Shown here: positions 9,055-18,744 of the stretch, one piece after another
How the letters are laid out: each line of letters opens with the position of its first letter
Numbering within the stretch: position 1 is the first letter of the stretch
Source of the DNA: an uncultured Gemmatimonadales bacterium
GTDB lineage: Bacteria; Gemmatimonadota; Gemmatimonadetes; Gemmatimonadales; Gemmatimonadaceae
Length of the DNA: 64,000 bases
Assembly: GCA_963701965.1 (NCBI GenBank)
Contig: OY969695.1
Coordinates: forward strand, 3,680,001 to 3,744,000
Direction: 5' to 3'
Translations under genes and position numbers: made by a program
Notes under the pieces: generated by a model
Told to the model about the DNA's origin: nothing
Databases searched by the model: none
What the model saw: only the letters and a program-made list of their open reading frames with translations

Positions 9055-11136
9055 GTGGCTCCCACCCCTCCCGAATCAGCCGACGTCGAGCTGCAAGCTC
9101 GTGTCGCCAGCGTCCTTGCGCCGGCCTACGTGGTCGAGCGCGAGGTGGGACGCGGGGGCATGGGTATTGTCTACCGGGCGAAAGATGTCCGCCTGAAGCG
9201 GGTGGTGGCGGTAAAACTCCTCCCGCCGGAGCTCGCGTACCGCACGGAAATCCGGACGCGATTTCTGCAGGAGGCCGAGACGGCCGCCCAGCTTTCGCAT
9301 CCGAACATCGTCCCGATCTACACCGTCGATGAGAAGGAGGGCCTGGTCTACTTCGTCATGGCCTTCGTCGACGGCGACAATCTGGGCGCCCGTCTCCGGG
9401 CCTCGGGGCCCATGGCGCCCGACCCCACGCGGCGCGTCCTTCGCGAGGTGGCCCAGGCGTTGGCGTTCGCCCACGCGCGGGGCGTCATCCACCGCGACAT
9501 CAAACCCGACAACATCCTGCTCGCGTCGGACGACGGGCGTGCGATGGTCACCGATTTCGGCATCGCCCGGGCCGTCGATGAGACGACCGGCACGCGCCTC
9601 ACGGCGACGGGCGTGGCGATCGGGACACCGGCCTACATGTCCCCGGAGCAATGCGCCGGCGACCGGGCTATCGATGGGCGCAGCGATCTGTACGCGCTAG
9701 GGGTCGTCGGCTATCAAATGCTCTCCGGCGCGCCCCCGTTCACCGGGTCGAGCACGCCGGCGCTCCTCGTCAAGCAGATCTCCGAGGCGCCCGTCCCATT
9801 GCGGGAGCGGGTGCCGGAGGTGCCGGAGTCGTTGGCGCGGGTGGTCATGATCCTCCTGGCGAAGGCGCCGGCCGACCGGTTCGCCGATGCCGGGGCGATG
9901 GTGGCGGCGCTCGATGGCGCGCCGGTGCCCGAGCCGCGGTACGTCCCTTCGGCCGCGCCGGTGTTGCCCGCGGGCCCGGCGTCCGCGCCAGTCCCCGCGC
10001 CGGCGCCGTCGGCCGCGGTGGTCAGCGCGTTCACGAGCGAAGACATCGCCCGGTGGTCGGCGCCGCCCGTGAACAAGTTCCGGAAGCGATTTACGAGCTA
10101 CGCGATTATTAACGCAGTCATCGTCGTCCTGGCGATCGTGTCCGACTCGGATCTCTTCGGGATTACGGCCATCTGGTCGGTCATCATGGCGTTCTGGTAC
10201 GCGCGACTGTGGACGGACGGCTACGACTGGCACGACGTCTTCAAGCAGCCGCGGGATCGCCTCTTCTTCGACGTCGCCGCCGAGGCGATCGACGATGCCC
10301 GCGCCATGTTCGACAAGGACAAGCGCGCCGAGGTGAGGGAGCGCCAGCGGCAGCTCCGCCAGAGCGCCAGTCTGTCCGTCCCGTATGCGATCGCGCCGCC
10401 GCGCCAGCGCGTGGTGGATTCCACCGATCCGGCCGTAGAGTCCTCGCGGCAGTCGGCGCGGGAGGAGCGGCGCGCCGAGCAGCGGGCCCGCAAGGAAGGG
10501 CGCCGGAGCAGCGCCTCGGGCAACTCCGTGGCGTCCGCCCCCGCCGCCCCGACGCCCACCACGCCGACCGCGGCTACGGACGCGGTCGCGAAGGCCGCCG
10601 AGGCGCTGGTCGGCGTCGACGTCCTGGCGGGAACCCACGGGCCGATCGTGCGGCGCGCGGTCGCCGATCGCATCGCGGTCAAGGAGATCGTCGACAAGCT
10701 GGGCGCGGCCGACCGGGCCATGCTTCCGGACGTCGTCCAGACCGTCGGGGCGCTCGTCGACCGCATCGCGTCGCTGGCGATCGCGTTGCACCGCCTCGAC
10801 GGCGACGTCGTGCCGGACGCGCTCCCCGCCCTGGATCAGCGCATCGCCGGCACGGAGTCGGAAGCCGAGTCGCCCGAGCGGGAGCGGAAGCTCGTGCTCC
10901 TGCGGCGCCAGCGGGCGACCCTGCGCGACTTGGCCGATCGCCGCGCCATCCTCTATGCGCAGCTGGAGAACGCGGGCCTCGTGCTCCAGACCATTCGCTT
11001 TGATCTCCTCAAGCTCCGCTCGGCCGGAGTCCAGTCGGCGATCGACGACGTCGCCAGCGCGACCCAGGAGGCGCGTGCCCTCTCGCGCGAGATTACCAAC
11101 GTGCTCAGTGTCGCGCAGGAGCTGAAGGCGATCTGA
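9055..11136 (+). CDS. Hanks-type Ser/Thr protein kinase with two TM helices and a C-terminal helical domain
   Basis: GRGGMG, VAVK, HRDIKPDN, DFG, GTPAYMSPE; hydrophobic hairpin near aa 350-385. Confidence 0.93.
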   Translation: MAPTPPESADVELQARVASVLAPAYVVEREVGRGGMGIVYRAKDVRLKRVVAVKLLPPELAYRTEIRTRFLQEAETAAQLSHPNIVPIYTVDEKEGLVYFVMAFVDGDNLGARLRASGPMAPDPTRRVLREVAQALAFAHARGVIHRDIKPDNILLASDDGRAMVTDFGIARAVDETTGTRLTATGVAIGTPAYMSPEQCAGDRAIDGRSDLYALGVVGYQMLSGAPPFTGSSTPALLVKQISEAPVPLRERVPEVPESLARVVMILLAKAPADRFADAGAMVAALDGAPVPEPRYVPSAAPVLPAGPASAPVPAPAPSAAVVSAFTSEDIARWSAPPVNKFRKRFTSYAIINAVIVVLAIVSDSDLFGITAIWSVIMAFWYARLWTDGYDWHDVFKQPRDRLFFDVAAEAIDDARAMFDKDKRAEVRERQRQLRQSASLSVPYAIAPPRQRVVDSTDPAVESSRQSAREERRAEQRARKEGRRSSASGNSVASAPAAPTPTTPTAATDAVAKAAEALVGVDVLAGTHGPIVRRAVADRIAVKEIVDKLGAADRAMLPDVVQTVGALVDRIASLAIALHRLDGDVVPDALPALDQRIAGTESEAESPERERKLVLLRRQRATLRDLADRRAILYAQLENAGLVLQTIRFDLLKLRSAGVQSAIDDVASATQEARALSREITNVLSVAQELKAI

Positions 11137-11138
11137 GC

Positions 11139-12614
11139 TTGCGGTTCGGGCAACTTCTCAGTCTGGCCCTGGCCGTCGCGCTCGCGCCTGCGGCGCTTGC
11201 GCTTTCGGCGCACGCGCAACCCTCGCCGACGCCGCGTCAGGGACCCGCTCAGCCGCGTCAGCCTGTCGCCGCGACGGGTGATTCGTCGGGTGCGCCGAAT
11301 CGGCGACTGGCCACGACGCCGGGTCAGACACTCGCCCAGACGGGCGATTCTTTGCGTGAGCCGCATCGGTCAGTCGCCGACACGGGCGATTCTTTGCGTG
11401 CGCCGAAGGCGCCGCTACAGAAAACGCCGTCCCCCGTGCGGGGCCTCTACGTGAACCGCTGGGCGGCGCTCGGCAAGCGCGTCTGGGAGCTCGTGGACGT
11501 GGCCGAGCACACCGAGGTCAACGCCCTCGTGATCGACGTCAAGGACGACCGGGGCTTCGTCCTCTACCGGTCCCGCGTCGCCTTGGCGCGCGCCATCGGC
11601 GCCGACACGGTGAGCCCGCTGCCCGCGGTGCGGCTCCGCGCCCTGCTCGATACGATGCGCGCGCACCGGATCTATCCGATCGCGCGGATCGTGGTGGCCA
11701 AGGATCCGCTCCTGGCTGAACGACGGCCCGAGTGGGCGATCCGCCTCCGGGCCGATACCAGCCGCCCCTGGCGCGACAAAAAAGGCCACGCCTGGTTGGA
11801 CGCGCACCAGTGGGATGTCTGGCAGTACGCCGTCGACTTGGCCCACGAGGCGGTGGACCTGGGCTTCTCCGAAGTCCAGTTCGACTACGTGCGATTCCCG
11901 GACGACAAGAATCTGGTGCGCGAAGCGGCGTTCCCACTGGCGCACGGCCGCGTGCGGGCGGCCGTGATTCGCGAGCAGCTGGGGCGCGCCCACGCGGCCC
12001 TGGCCCCACTCGGCGTGCCGGTCACCGCCGACGTATTCGGCCTTACGGCCACGGACACGACCGACATGGGGATCGGACAGCGCTGGGAGATGTTCGTGGA
12101 CCGCGTCGACGTGGTCCTGCCCATGAGCTATCCCTCGCACTACGCGCCGGGGACCTACGGCTACACGTCCCCCAACGCCCACCCGTACGCCGTGATCGAC
12201 CGGACCCTCAAGGACGCCAAGCGCCGGTCGGCGGGCATCGCGGGCGCGGCATCGATCCGACCGTGGTATCAGGACTTCACGCTGGGCCCTCCGCACTACG
12301 GCGCCGCCGAAGTGCGGGCCCAGATCAAGGCCGGCTACGACAACGGCGTTGATGGCTGGATCCTGTGGAACCCCGGCAGCCGCTTCTCGACCGCGGCCTT
12401 GGCGCTTGGCGGAGCCAAGCGCTGTCCAACCGACACAGGCTCTAGCAGTGCGAAGCGCTGCGTAGAGCCTTACAACGCGTCCAGGCGCTCTTCGAGCTCC
12501 GTGGCGAGCGACTCGTGCCCGAACCGGTGCGCCGACTCGATGCCTTTCCGGAGCGCCGCGCCCGCGTCCTCGACTCGGCCCAGCGACTCCAGCGCCGCGG
12601 CCAGCCGGCCGTAG
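11139..12614 (+). CDS. Secreted putative glycoside hydrolase (DUF4015/YngK-like TIM barrel); C-terminus reads through a repeat element
   Basis: Signal peptide, NALVIDVKDD.G, GFSEVQFDYVRFP, PMSYPSHY, RPWYQDF, GWILWNP. The last ~65 aa overlap the antisense TPR gene and are probably spurious. Confidence 0.8.
   Translation: MRFGQLLSLALAVALAPAALALSAHAQPSPTPRQGPAQPRQPVAATGDSSGAPNRRLATTPGQTLAQTGDSLREPHRSVADTGDSLRAPKAPLQKTPSPVRGLYVNRWAALGKRVWELVDVAEHTEVNALVIDVKDDRGFVLYRSRVALARAIGADTVSPLPAVRLRALLDTMRAHRIYPIARIVVAKDPLLAERRPEWAIRLRADTSRPWRDKKGHAWLDAHQWDVWQYAVDLAHEAVDLGFSEVQFDYVRFPDDKNLVREAAFPLAHGRVRAAVIREQLGRAHAALAPLGVPVTADVFGLTATDTTDMGIGQRWEMFVDRVDVVLPMSYPSHYAPGTYGYTSPNAHPYAVIDRTLKDAKRRSAGIAGAASIRPWYQDFTLGPPHYGAAEVRAQIKAGYDNGVDGWILWNPGSRFSTAALALGGAKRCPTDTGSSSAKRCVEPYNASRRSSSSVASDSCPNRCADSMPFRSAAPASSTRPSDSSAAASRP
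11274..11405 (+). repeat. Imperfect intragenic repeat (TGDS.R unit) in the N-terminal linker
   Basis: ACGGGCGATTCTTTGCGTG at 11340 and 11382 (42 bp period), degenerate copy near 11274. Confidence 0.6.
12402..12470. repeat. Single copy of the hairpin-TGTCCAACCGAC-hairpin element
   Basis: GCGCTTGGC-GGA-GCCAAGCGC, then TGTCCAACCGAC (12423-12434), then AGGCTCTA-GCAGTGC-GAA-GCGCTGC-G-TAGAGCCT abutting the TPR gene stop. Confidence 0.8.
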
Positions 12615-12778
12615 CCGTTGCCCTCATCGTCGTATCCGGCCAGATACGTCTCCAGGTGGGTCAGGGCTTCCGCCCACAGGGATTCTTTCAGAGCCTCGTT
12701 GGCCAGTCCGTAGTGCGCGAGCAGGTTGGTCGGATCTTTCACGACCATGCGGCGAAACGTCTCCAGGCGTGCGTTCAT
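12470..12778 (-). CDS. Small tetratricopeptide repeat protein
   Basis: DP...AHYGLA, YGRLAAALESLGRVEDA..ALRKGI TPR pattern; coupled to the upstream hydrolase. Confidence 0.85.
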   Translation of the reverse strand: MNARLETFRRMVVKDPTNLLAHYGLANEALKESLWAEALTHLETYLAGYDDEGNGYGRLAAALESLGRVEDAGAALRKGIESAHRFGHESLATELEERLDAL

Positions 12779-13572
12779 CGGGCGAGCAGTCCGGTGAGGA
12801 CGCGCGCCACGTGCTCCGGCGACTCCTCCGGCGCGTAGTGACGCGAGTCGGTCAAGAGCTCCACGGTCGCCTTAGGGAAGCTCGCTTCGAGCGCGCGCAG
12901 CTGGTCCGCCGGGACGAAGGGATCGTGCGTCCCCCCAATGATCGCCGCCGGCACCGTGATCGGCCCGGACGCCGGGCCGGGCGGCGTGCGCTCGTCGGCC
13001 AGCGCGTCCAGATGCGCGTGGAGCGCCGCGTGTCCTGCCGGCGTGCAGAAAGGCCGGAGATACTGGTCCAGGGACCGCGCGGCCCGTTCCGGATCGATGA
13101 ACCCGCGCGCCAGCCGCGACCGGATCGCCGGTAAGAGCAGCGCCGCCGGCAGACGTCCGACTCCGCGCAGGAGAGCGAACGTCGGCGGGCCGGGAACTGC
13201 CGTGTCGACCAGCCCCAATCGGGAGACCAGGGTCGGAGCCTTTCGGGCCATCAGTTGGGCGACTTGTCCGCCCAGCCCGTGGCCGACGACGCACGCCCGC
13301 TCGATGCCGAGGATGCCCGCCAGCGCCACCAGCCGGTCGCCGTGGGCGCCGGCGCTCAGATCATGATCGCCGGGCGGATCGCTGCGGCCGTGGCCCAGGA
13401 GATCCACGACCACTACGCGATGCCCGGCCGGCAGGCACGGCACGACCGCGGACCAGAGTCGCGAGGACGTGAGCGACCCATGAACGAGGAGCACCGGATC
13501 GCCGGCCCCGCGCGTGCCGGCGGCATAGTAATAGAGACGCGCGCCCCCGACGTCGACGAACTCTCCCCTCAT
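12775..13572 (-). CDS. Alpha/beta fold hydrolase (nucleophile elbow GHGLGG lacks Ser)
   Basis: VLLVHG, VDLLGHGRSD, GHGLGG, D and H (RHYAPEE) positions; ATGA overlap with the upstream gene. Confidence 0.85.
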   Translation of the reverse strand: MRGEFVDVGGARLYYYAAGTRGAGDPVLLVHGSLTSSRLWSAVVPCLPAGHRVVVVDLLGHGRSDPPGDHDLSAGAHGDRLVALAGILGIERACVVGHGLGGQVAQLMARKAPTLVSRLGLVDTAVPGPPTFALLRGVGRLPAALLLPAIRSRLARGFIDPERAARSLDQYLRPFCTPAGHAALHAHLDALADERTPPGPASGPITVPAAIIGGTHDPFVPADQLRALEASFPKATVELLTDSRHYAPEESPEHVARVLTGLLAR

Positions 13573-15516
13573 GGCGCCGCCCCCTCCCAAGCCACGATGC
13601 GACCCGCGATCGCCGACGCGGCCACCGTGTACGGCGACGCCAGATAGAGACTCCCCGGTCCCGATCGTCCCGGAAAGTTACGGTTGATCGCCGAGATCGT
13701 GACATCGCTCTCCCGCCGGGAGACACCGGGACCCGCGTTGATGCAGGCCCCGCACGATGGCGCGATCAACGTGGCGCCCACCGCGGCGAACAGCTGGTCG
13801 TACCCCCGTTCGACGCAGTACGCATAGACATCCTGCGATCCACACTGGACGAAGCAACGCACGTGGGGCGCAACCCGGGCGCCGGCGCGGCGCGCGGCGC
13901 CGAAGACGCGCGCGTACATGTCCATGTCGTCGCGTTTGCCCGCGGTGCACGACCCCGCGTAGGCGATGTCGATGGCGATCTCCCGGTCCAACTCGGCCAC
14001 CGCCCGGCCATTGCCGGGATCACCGGGCAGCGCGACCATGGGCCTGAGCGCCGCCGCGTCGATCTCGATCTCGTACGCATACGCGGCGTCCCGGTCCGAC
14101 TGGAACCGCGCACAGTGCGCGTCGGCGTCCGCGGGCGACAGCCCGCGGCGCTGGACGAGAAAATCCACCGTCACCGCATCCGGCGCGACGATCCCGGTGA
14201 AGGCGCCCACTTCGGCCGCCATGTTGGTCAGCGTCGCCCGCTCATCGATCGACCACTGCGCGACCGCCTCGCCCGCGTACTCGATGATCGTGCCGATGGC
14301 CGCGCCCGAACGCACAAAGGGGTGGCGCAGCAACTCCAGCATGACGTCCTTCGCCGTGACGTTGGCCGCGGGGCGGCCGCGGACGAGGACGCGGCACACG
14401 GGCGGCACCTCGACGAGCACGTCGCGCGTATACCAGGCGTTGCACACCGCCGTGGTGCCGATGCCAAACGCCACGCACCCGACCGCGCCCGCGTGCGGCG
14501 TGTGGGAGTCGGACCCGACGATGACCTGCCCCGGCAGCGCGTGATCTTCGAGGATCTTGGAGTGGCAGATGGCCTCCGAACCGCCGCGCGCGACTTCGCC
14601 GTACAGCCGGATCCCCTGGTCGGCGGCGAACGCGCGCTGCTTGGCCTCGAGCGACCGCGCGACGTCGAGCAGGCCTTGGGCCACGTGCTCCGGGCGCATG
14701 GCGTCGGCGAGGAACGTCAGGTGGTCGCGAAAGAGCAGGACCGACGCCGGGTCGGCGACGCGGGCGGCAGGCCCGAACTGCTCCGCGAACAACATGGCCG
14801 CCATCGGCGTCACGTACTCGTGGCTGAACCGGAGATCGACCTGGACGAACCCCTGATCCCCGGGTCCCACCGCGCTGGCCCCGCCCACCCAGTGCGCCGC
14901 CAGGATTTTCTGGGCGATGGTCATCGGTACCGGCGCTTTCGGGGCTGGGGGCCAGGTCTCCCGTCCGGCGAGCCGCGCCACGTTGTAATTGCCGAGTCCG
15001 CCATATTCGACAATGCGGCGGCCGATCGCGCCCTCGTCCCGCGTGAATGCGCTGACTGGCACTGCCTCACCAGCGAGCAACCGCTCGAGCAAACTGAAAT
15101 CGGTCGAGGTCAGAAGGCCCAGGTTGCGACAGTTCTCGCGATAAATGCGCTCGAAGCTTTCGGCGAACACCACGCGAATCCCCGCGGCCCACTCCGCGTA
15201 CGGCGACTGCTCGCGCGACGAGCCCTTGCCGCGCCGGCGCCCGGCAACGGAGGCCGTGAACCCTCCGCGCGCGACCGAGCCACGGGTAACGACCGCCTCG
15301 CCCGCGGACCGGAGACCCAGGTAGGCAAACTCGCCCAGCGTCCGGTCGTGGTAATAGCAGATCGAATGCCGGCGTGATCTCGTCGGTCGAGATGTCATCG
15401 CGCAGGGCGACGCCCGGCGGGAGCGGCCACGGCAGGTCAATGCCATCCAACTGTTGCCGTACGCGAGCCGCATCATCGACGAGAAAGAGCACCCGCCCGT
15501 CTAGCGATTTGCTCAA
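13569..15516 (-). CDS. Aconitase/isopropylmalate isomerase family protein, LeuD-like swivel fused N-terminal to LeuC-like domain; apparent +1 frameshift near 15363
   Basis: LRDDISTDEITPA in one frame continues as ICYY...GKGSSREQS...AESFERIYREN in another; large domain has DSHT, GSCT, CGAC and NRNFPGRSG. Start (TTG 15516) is tentative. Confidence 0.8.
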
Positions 15517-15535
15517 AAGGTGCCTAACGTTACGC

Positions 15536-16672
15536 GTGACCGTGCCGCTCCAGCCTGCTCCATCGCTCCCAATCGCGGCCGCCCCGGCTCCGCCCGTCAA
15601 GTTTCCGCTCGGCTGGCTGCTCGAACATGGAGCACCACCGCTTCAGTATCGTGCCATTGCCGACGTTGCGCGACTGCAAGGCCCCATCACTGCTGGCGTG
15701 GCACTGTTGCCATACGCTTATACGCCGGCTGTTCGGCTGGCGCTGAGTCAGCAGGCGGACGGTGCGTGGGGTAACACCATGCTCGAGCTACCGACCGGAC
15801 GGGCCGACTGGTTCGAGGGCATTGGCACCATCCTGGCCGTGCGCCGGCTCCTCGAGTACGGCTGGGATCGGGAATCGCCGCCGTTGGCGCGCGTCCGCCG
15901 GCTGCTCTTCCGTTTGCTCGCCGAGGACGAGGATCCGGCCTACTTGTACGAGTTCGCGCCGGGGGGGAACCCGATCGACGAGGACCTCGCCCGACGGGGC
16001 CGCGGGATCCTGCGCGAGGCCGCGGCCAGCGTGCTGGCGCAGGCGGGATACGAGCACGACCCGCGTCTGCGTGGCGCGGCGCGGCGCATCATCGAGCGGA
16101 TAAACGCGTATCTCAAGTCGCCGCTCGCGCTCAAGCCGTGGGTCCGTGTCGGCAACCGCCAGGTACTGGCGCCCGAGGCAACGCCGCCGTCGACGCACGC
16201 CATCATGATGCTGGCGTTCATGCCACAGTTCCGGAGCGAGTTCCACGAGCATGTGGAGCGGCTGTACCAGTTCCTGACGCAGCCGCTGCCGCGGCAAGAG
16301 TCCGCCCAACTCGTGGGCACTACCATCGTCGCGCAGCCGCATTTCGTGCTCGGCGACCTGCTGCCCCATCGCAATGCCGTCGATGCCGACGTGCCCTTCG
16401 CGTTGGTCTGGATCGAGATGCTGGCGCGCCTCGGCTTTCTGCGGCGCAATGAGAACTGGTCGCGCCTCTACGAGCGCTTTCTCGACGACCGGGATCGCCT
16501 CGGCGTCTGGCATCCCCACAAGGGCTCGGGCCCCCCGACATCGACCAACCCCATGGCCTGGCCGAGCCACCCGCTGGAATCGGCGGCGGCGGGCGAGGAA
16601 CGGTGGGCGGATATCACCTTCCGCCTCGGGCTCATCGCCCGCCTGTCGGGGCGCGCGATCGAACTGATCTGA
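15536..16672 (+). CDS. Hypothetical protein, possible prenyltransferase/squalene-cyclase-like helical repeat
   Basis: Long ORF with host-like codon usage; QQADGAWG (QxxDGxW) motif; start GTG 15536 is tentative. Confidence 0.6.
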   Translation: MTVPLQPAPSLPIAAAPAPPVKFPLGWLLEHGAPPLQYRAIADVARLQGPITAGVALLPYAYTPAVRLALSQQADGAWGNTMLELPTGRADWFEGIGTILAVRRLLEYGWDRESPPLARVRRLLFRLLAEDEDPAYLYEFAPGGNPIDEDLARRGRGILREAAASVLAQAGYEHDPRLRGAARRIIERINAYLKSPLALKPWVRVGNRQVLAPEATPPSTHAIMMLAFMPQFRSEFHEHVERLYQFLTQPLPRQESAQLVGTTIVAQPHFVLGDLLPHRNAVDADVPFALVWIEMLARLGFLRRNENWSRLYERFLDDRDRLGVWHPHKGSGPPTSTNPMAWPSHPLESAAAGEERWADITFRLGLIARLSGRAIELI

Positions 16673-16701
16673 CCCGCGCGGGACGGTTGGCGCCGGCCGC
16701 C

Positions 16702-17523
16702 ATGTTCCCCGCGGGCCTGGCGGAGTATCAGACCCATTTTCTTGATGTCGGCGGGCTCACGGTGCGCGTCGTCGAGCACGTCGCCCCTGGCCGCGCGTCC
16801 GGCCCGGCCGTGATGTGTATCCACGGCTGGGGATGCTCGGCCTTCGTCTGGCGCAAGAACCTGCCCGCGTTGCACGCGGCCGGCCTCCGCGCCCTGGCGA
16901 TGGATCTCCCGGGCCACGGACTCTCCGACAAACCACTCACGCCCGCGCGTTATACCGCAGGGGCCATGGCCGAGCGCGTGCTGGCGACGCTCGATGCATT
17001 GGGCGTCGAGCGCGCGGCGCTGGTCGCCCACTCGATGGGCGCCATCGTCGCGTCGCGCGCCGCCGCGATGGCGCCGGAGCGCATCAGCGCACTCGTGCTG
17101 CTCGCGCCGGCCGGGGTCGGCGTGGTGCCGTATGTCGCGCTCACGCGGGCGCTCACCCCGCGGGCCCTTGGCCGGATTGCCCCGCATCTCGCCTGGCGCT
17201 GGGTCATCGCCGCCGGGCTACGCCTCGCGCGGGCGGGCACGGTCGGCGAACCGCTGAGCGAGCGGGAAGTAGACGAGTATTGGGCGCCCACGCAGTTCCC
17301 GGCCGCCGTCACGATCGCCTGGAATCTGCTCCACGATTTCGACTGGACCGTGGCGCCGCGTGCCGCGAACGTGAGGACGCTCGTCATCCTCGGGAGTCGA
17401 GATCACCTCGTGCACGCGCGCGCCGAACCGACGGATCATATCATCCCCGGAGCAGGGCATAACGTGCAGGAGCAGGCTCCGGAAGTGGTGAACGCCCTGG
17501 TGTCATCATTTCTTACCCCTTAG
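16702..17523 (+). CDS. Alpha/beta fold hydrolase
   Basis: CIHGWG, DLPGHGLSD, AHSMG nucleophile, GSRD, GAGH. Confidence 0.9.
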   Translation: MFPAGLAEYQTHFLDVGGLTVRVVEHVAPGRASGPAVMCIHGWGCSAFVWRKNLPALHAAGLRALAMDLPGHGLSDKPLTPARYTAGAMAERVLATLDALGVERAALVAHSMGAIVASRAAAMAPERISALVLLAPAGVGVVPYVALTRALTPRALGRIAPHLAWRWVIAAGLRLARAGTVGEPLSEREVDEYWAPTQFPAAVTIAWNLLHDFDWTVAPRAANVRTLVILGSRDHLVHARAEPTDHIIPGAGHNVQEQAPEVVNALVSSFLTP

Positions 17524-17603
17524 GTTTCAGAAACGGGCTTGCGGCGCGTGCCACACTGGTGCGAGCCTCCCGATCAACCGATTGTGCATTGACGAAAACT
17601 GAA

Positions 17604-18740
17604 GTGACGTTCGACGCCCTCGGCCTCCGTGCCGAGGTGCTCGCGGCGGTGCGTGACGCTGGGTATACGCACCCCACACCGATACAACTAGAGGCCATTC
17701 CGCTCGCCCTGCGCGGGCGCGACTTGATCGGCCTCGCCCAGACGGGCACTGGCAAGACCGCTGCATTTACGCTGCCGATCATCGACCGGATCATCGACGG
17801 TCCACGGCGCACGCGGGTGCTCATCCTCACGCCGACGCGCGAGTTGGCGGCGCAGGTGGAGGAGAGCTTCACCAAGTACAGTAGAGGCAGCGGCCTCTCC
17901 GTCGTCGCGGTGTACGGCGGCGTGGCTCTCGACCCGCAGGAAAAGAAGCTGCGGCGCGGGGTCGACGTGGTCGTCGCGACGCCGGGCCGGCTGCTCGATC
18001 ACCTGGAGCGCGGCAACGTGTCGTTCGCCGATCTCGAGGTCTTGGTGCTCGACGAAGCCGACCGCATGCTCGACATGGGATTCGCGCCCCAGATCAACCG
18101 GGTCGTGTCGCAGATCCCACACTACCGGCAGACGCTCTTGTTCAGCGCGACAATGCCGCCCGAAGTCGAGGCCCTGGCGCGGAAATACCTCCGAAAACCC
18201 CAGGTCGTGCAGGTGGGACGCCGCTCGGAAGCGGCCAGCACCGTGACGCACGCGGTCTATCCGGTGCCGCGCGAAAAGAAGAGCGCCTTGTTGATCGAGC
18301 TGCTCAAGAAAGACGACATGGATTCCGTGCTCGTGTTCACGCGCACGAAGCACGGCGCCGACCGCGTCGTCCGGCATCTCGAGCGCGGCGGGATCGACGC
18401 GACCGCGATGCACGCCGACAAGTCGCAAGGGCAGCGCACGAAGGCGCTCGAGGACTTCAAGAGCGGCCGCGTGCGGGTTTTGGTGGCCACCGACATCGCG
18501 CAGCGCGGTCTCGACATCTCGGGCATCTCGCACGTCATCAACTACGACGTCCCGCAACAGCCCGAGGACTATGTGCACCGCATCGGCCGCACGGGCCGCG
18601 CGGCGCAGACGGGCAATGCGTTCACGTTCATGTCGACCGACGAGATCGCAATGGTGCGTACGATCGAGCGCATTATCGGGCAGCAAATTCAGCGTATCTC
18701 TGTCCCGGGGTACGATTTCGGCACCGTCGCGGCCGACTAG
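17604..18740 (+). CDS. DEAD-box RNA helicase (RhlE-like)
   Basis: PTPIQ, AQTGTGKT, PTRELA, DEAD, SAT, HRIGRTGRA. Confidence 0.95.
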   Translation: MTFDALGLRAEVLAAVRDAGYTHPTPIQLEAIPLALRGRDLIGLAQTGTGKTAAFTLPIIDRIIDGPRRTRVLILTPTRELAAQVEESFTKYSRGSGLSVVAVYGGVALDPQEKKLRRGVDVVVATPGRLLDHLERGNVSFADLEVLVLDEADRMLDMGFAPQINRVVSQIPHYRQTLLFSATMPPEVEALARKYLRKPQVVQVGRRSEAASTVTHAVYPVPREKKSALLIELLKKDDMDSVLVFTRTKHGADRVVRHLERGGIDATAMHADKSQGQRTKALEDFKSGRVRVLVATDIAQRGLDISGISHVINYDVPQQPEDYVHRIGRTGRAAQTGNAFTFMSTDEIAMVRTIERIIGQQIQRISVPGYDFGTVAAD

Positions 18741-18744
18741 CCGG

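Noticed and set aside
15355..15375. Programmed ribosomal frameshift in the aconitase-type gene
   Set aside because: No slippery heptamer or stimulatory structure is evident; an indel error is simpler.
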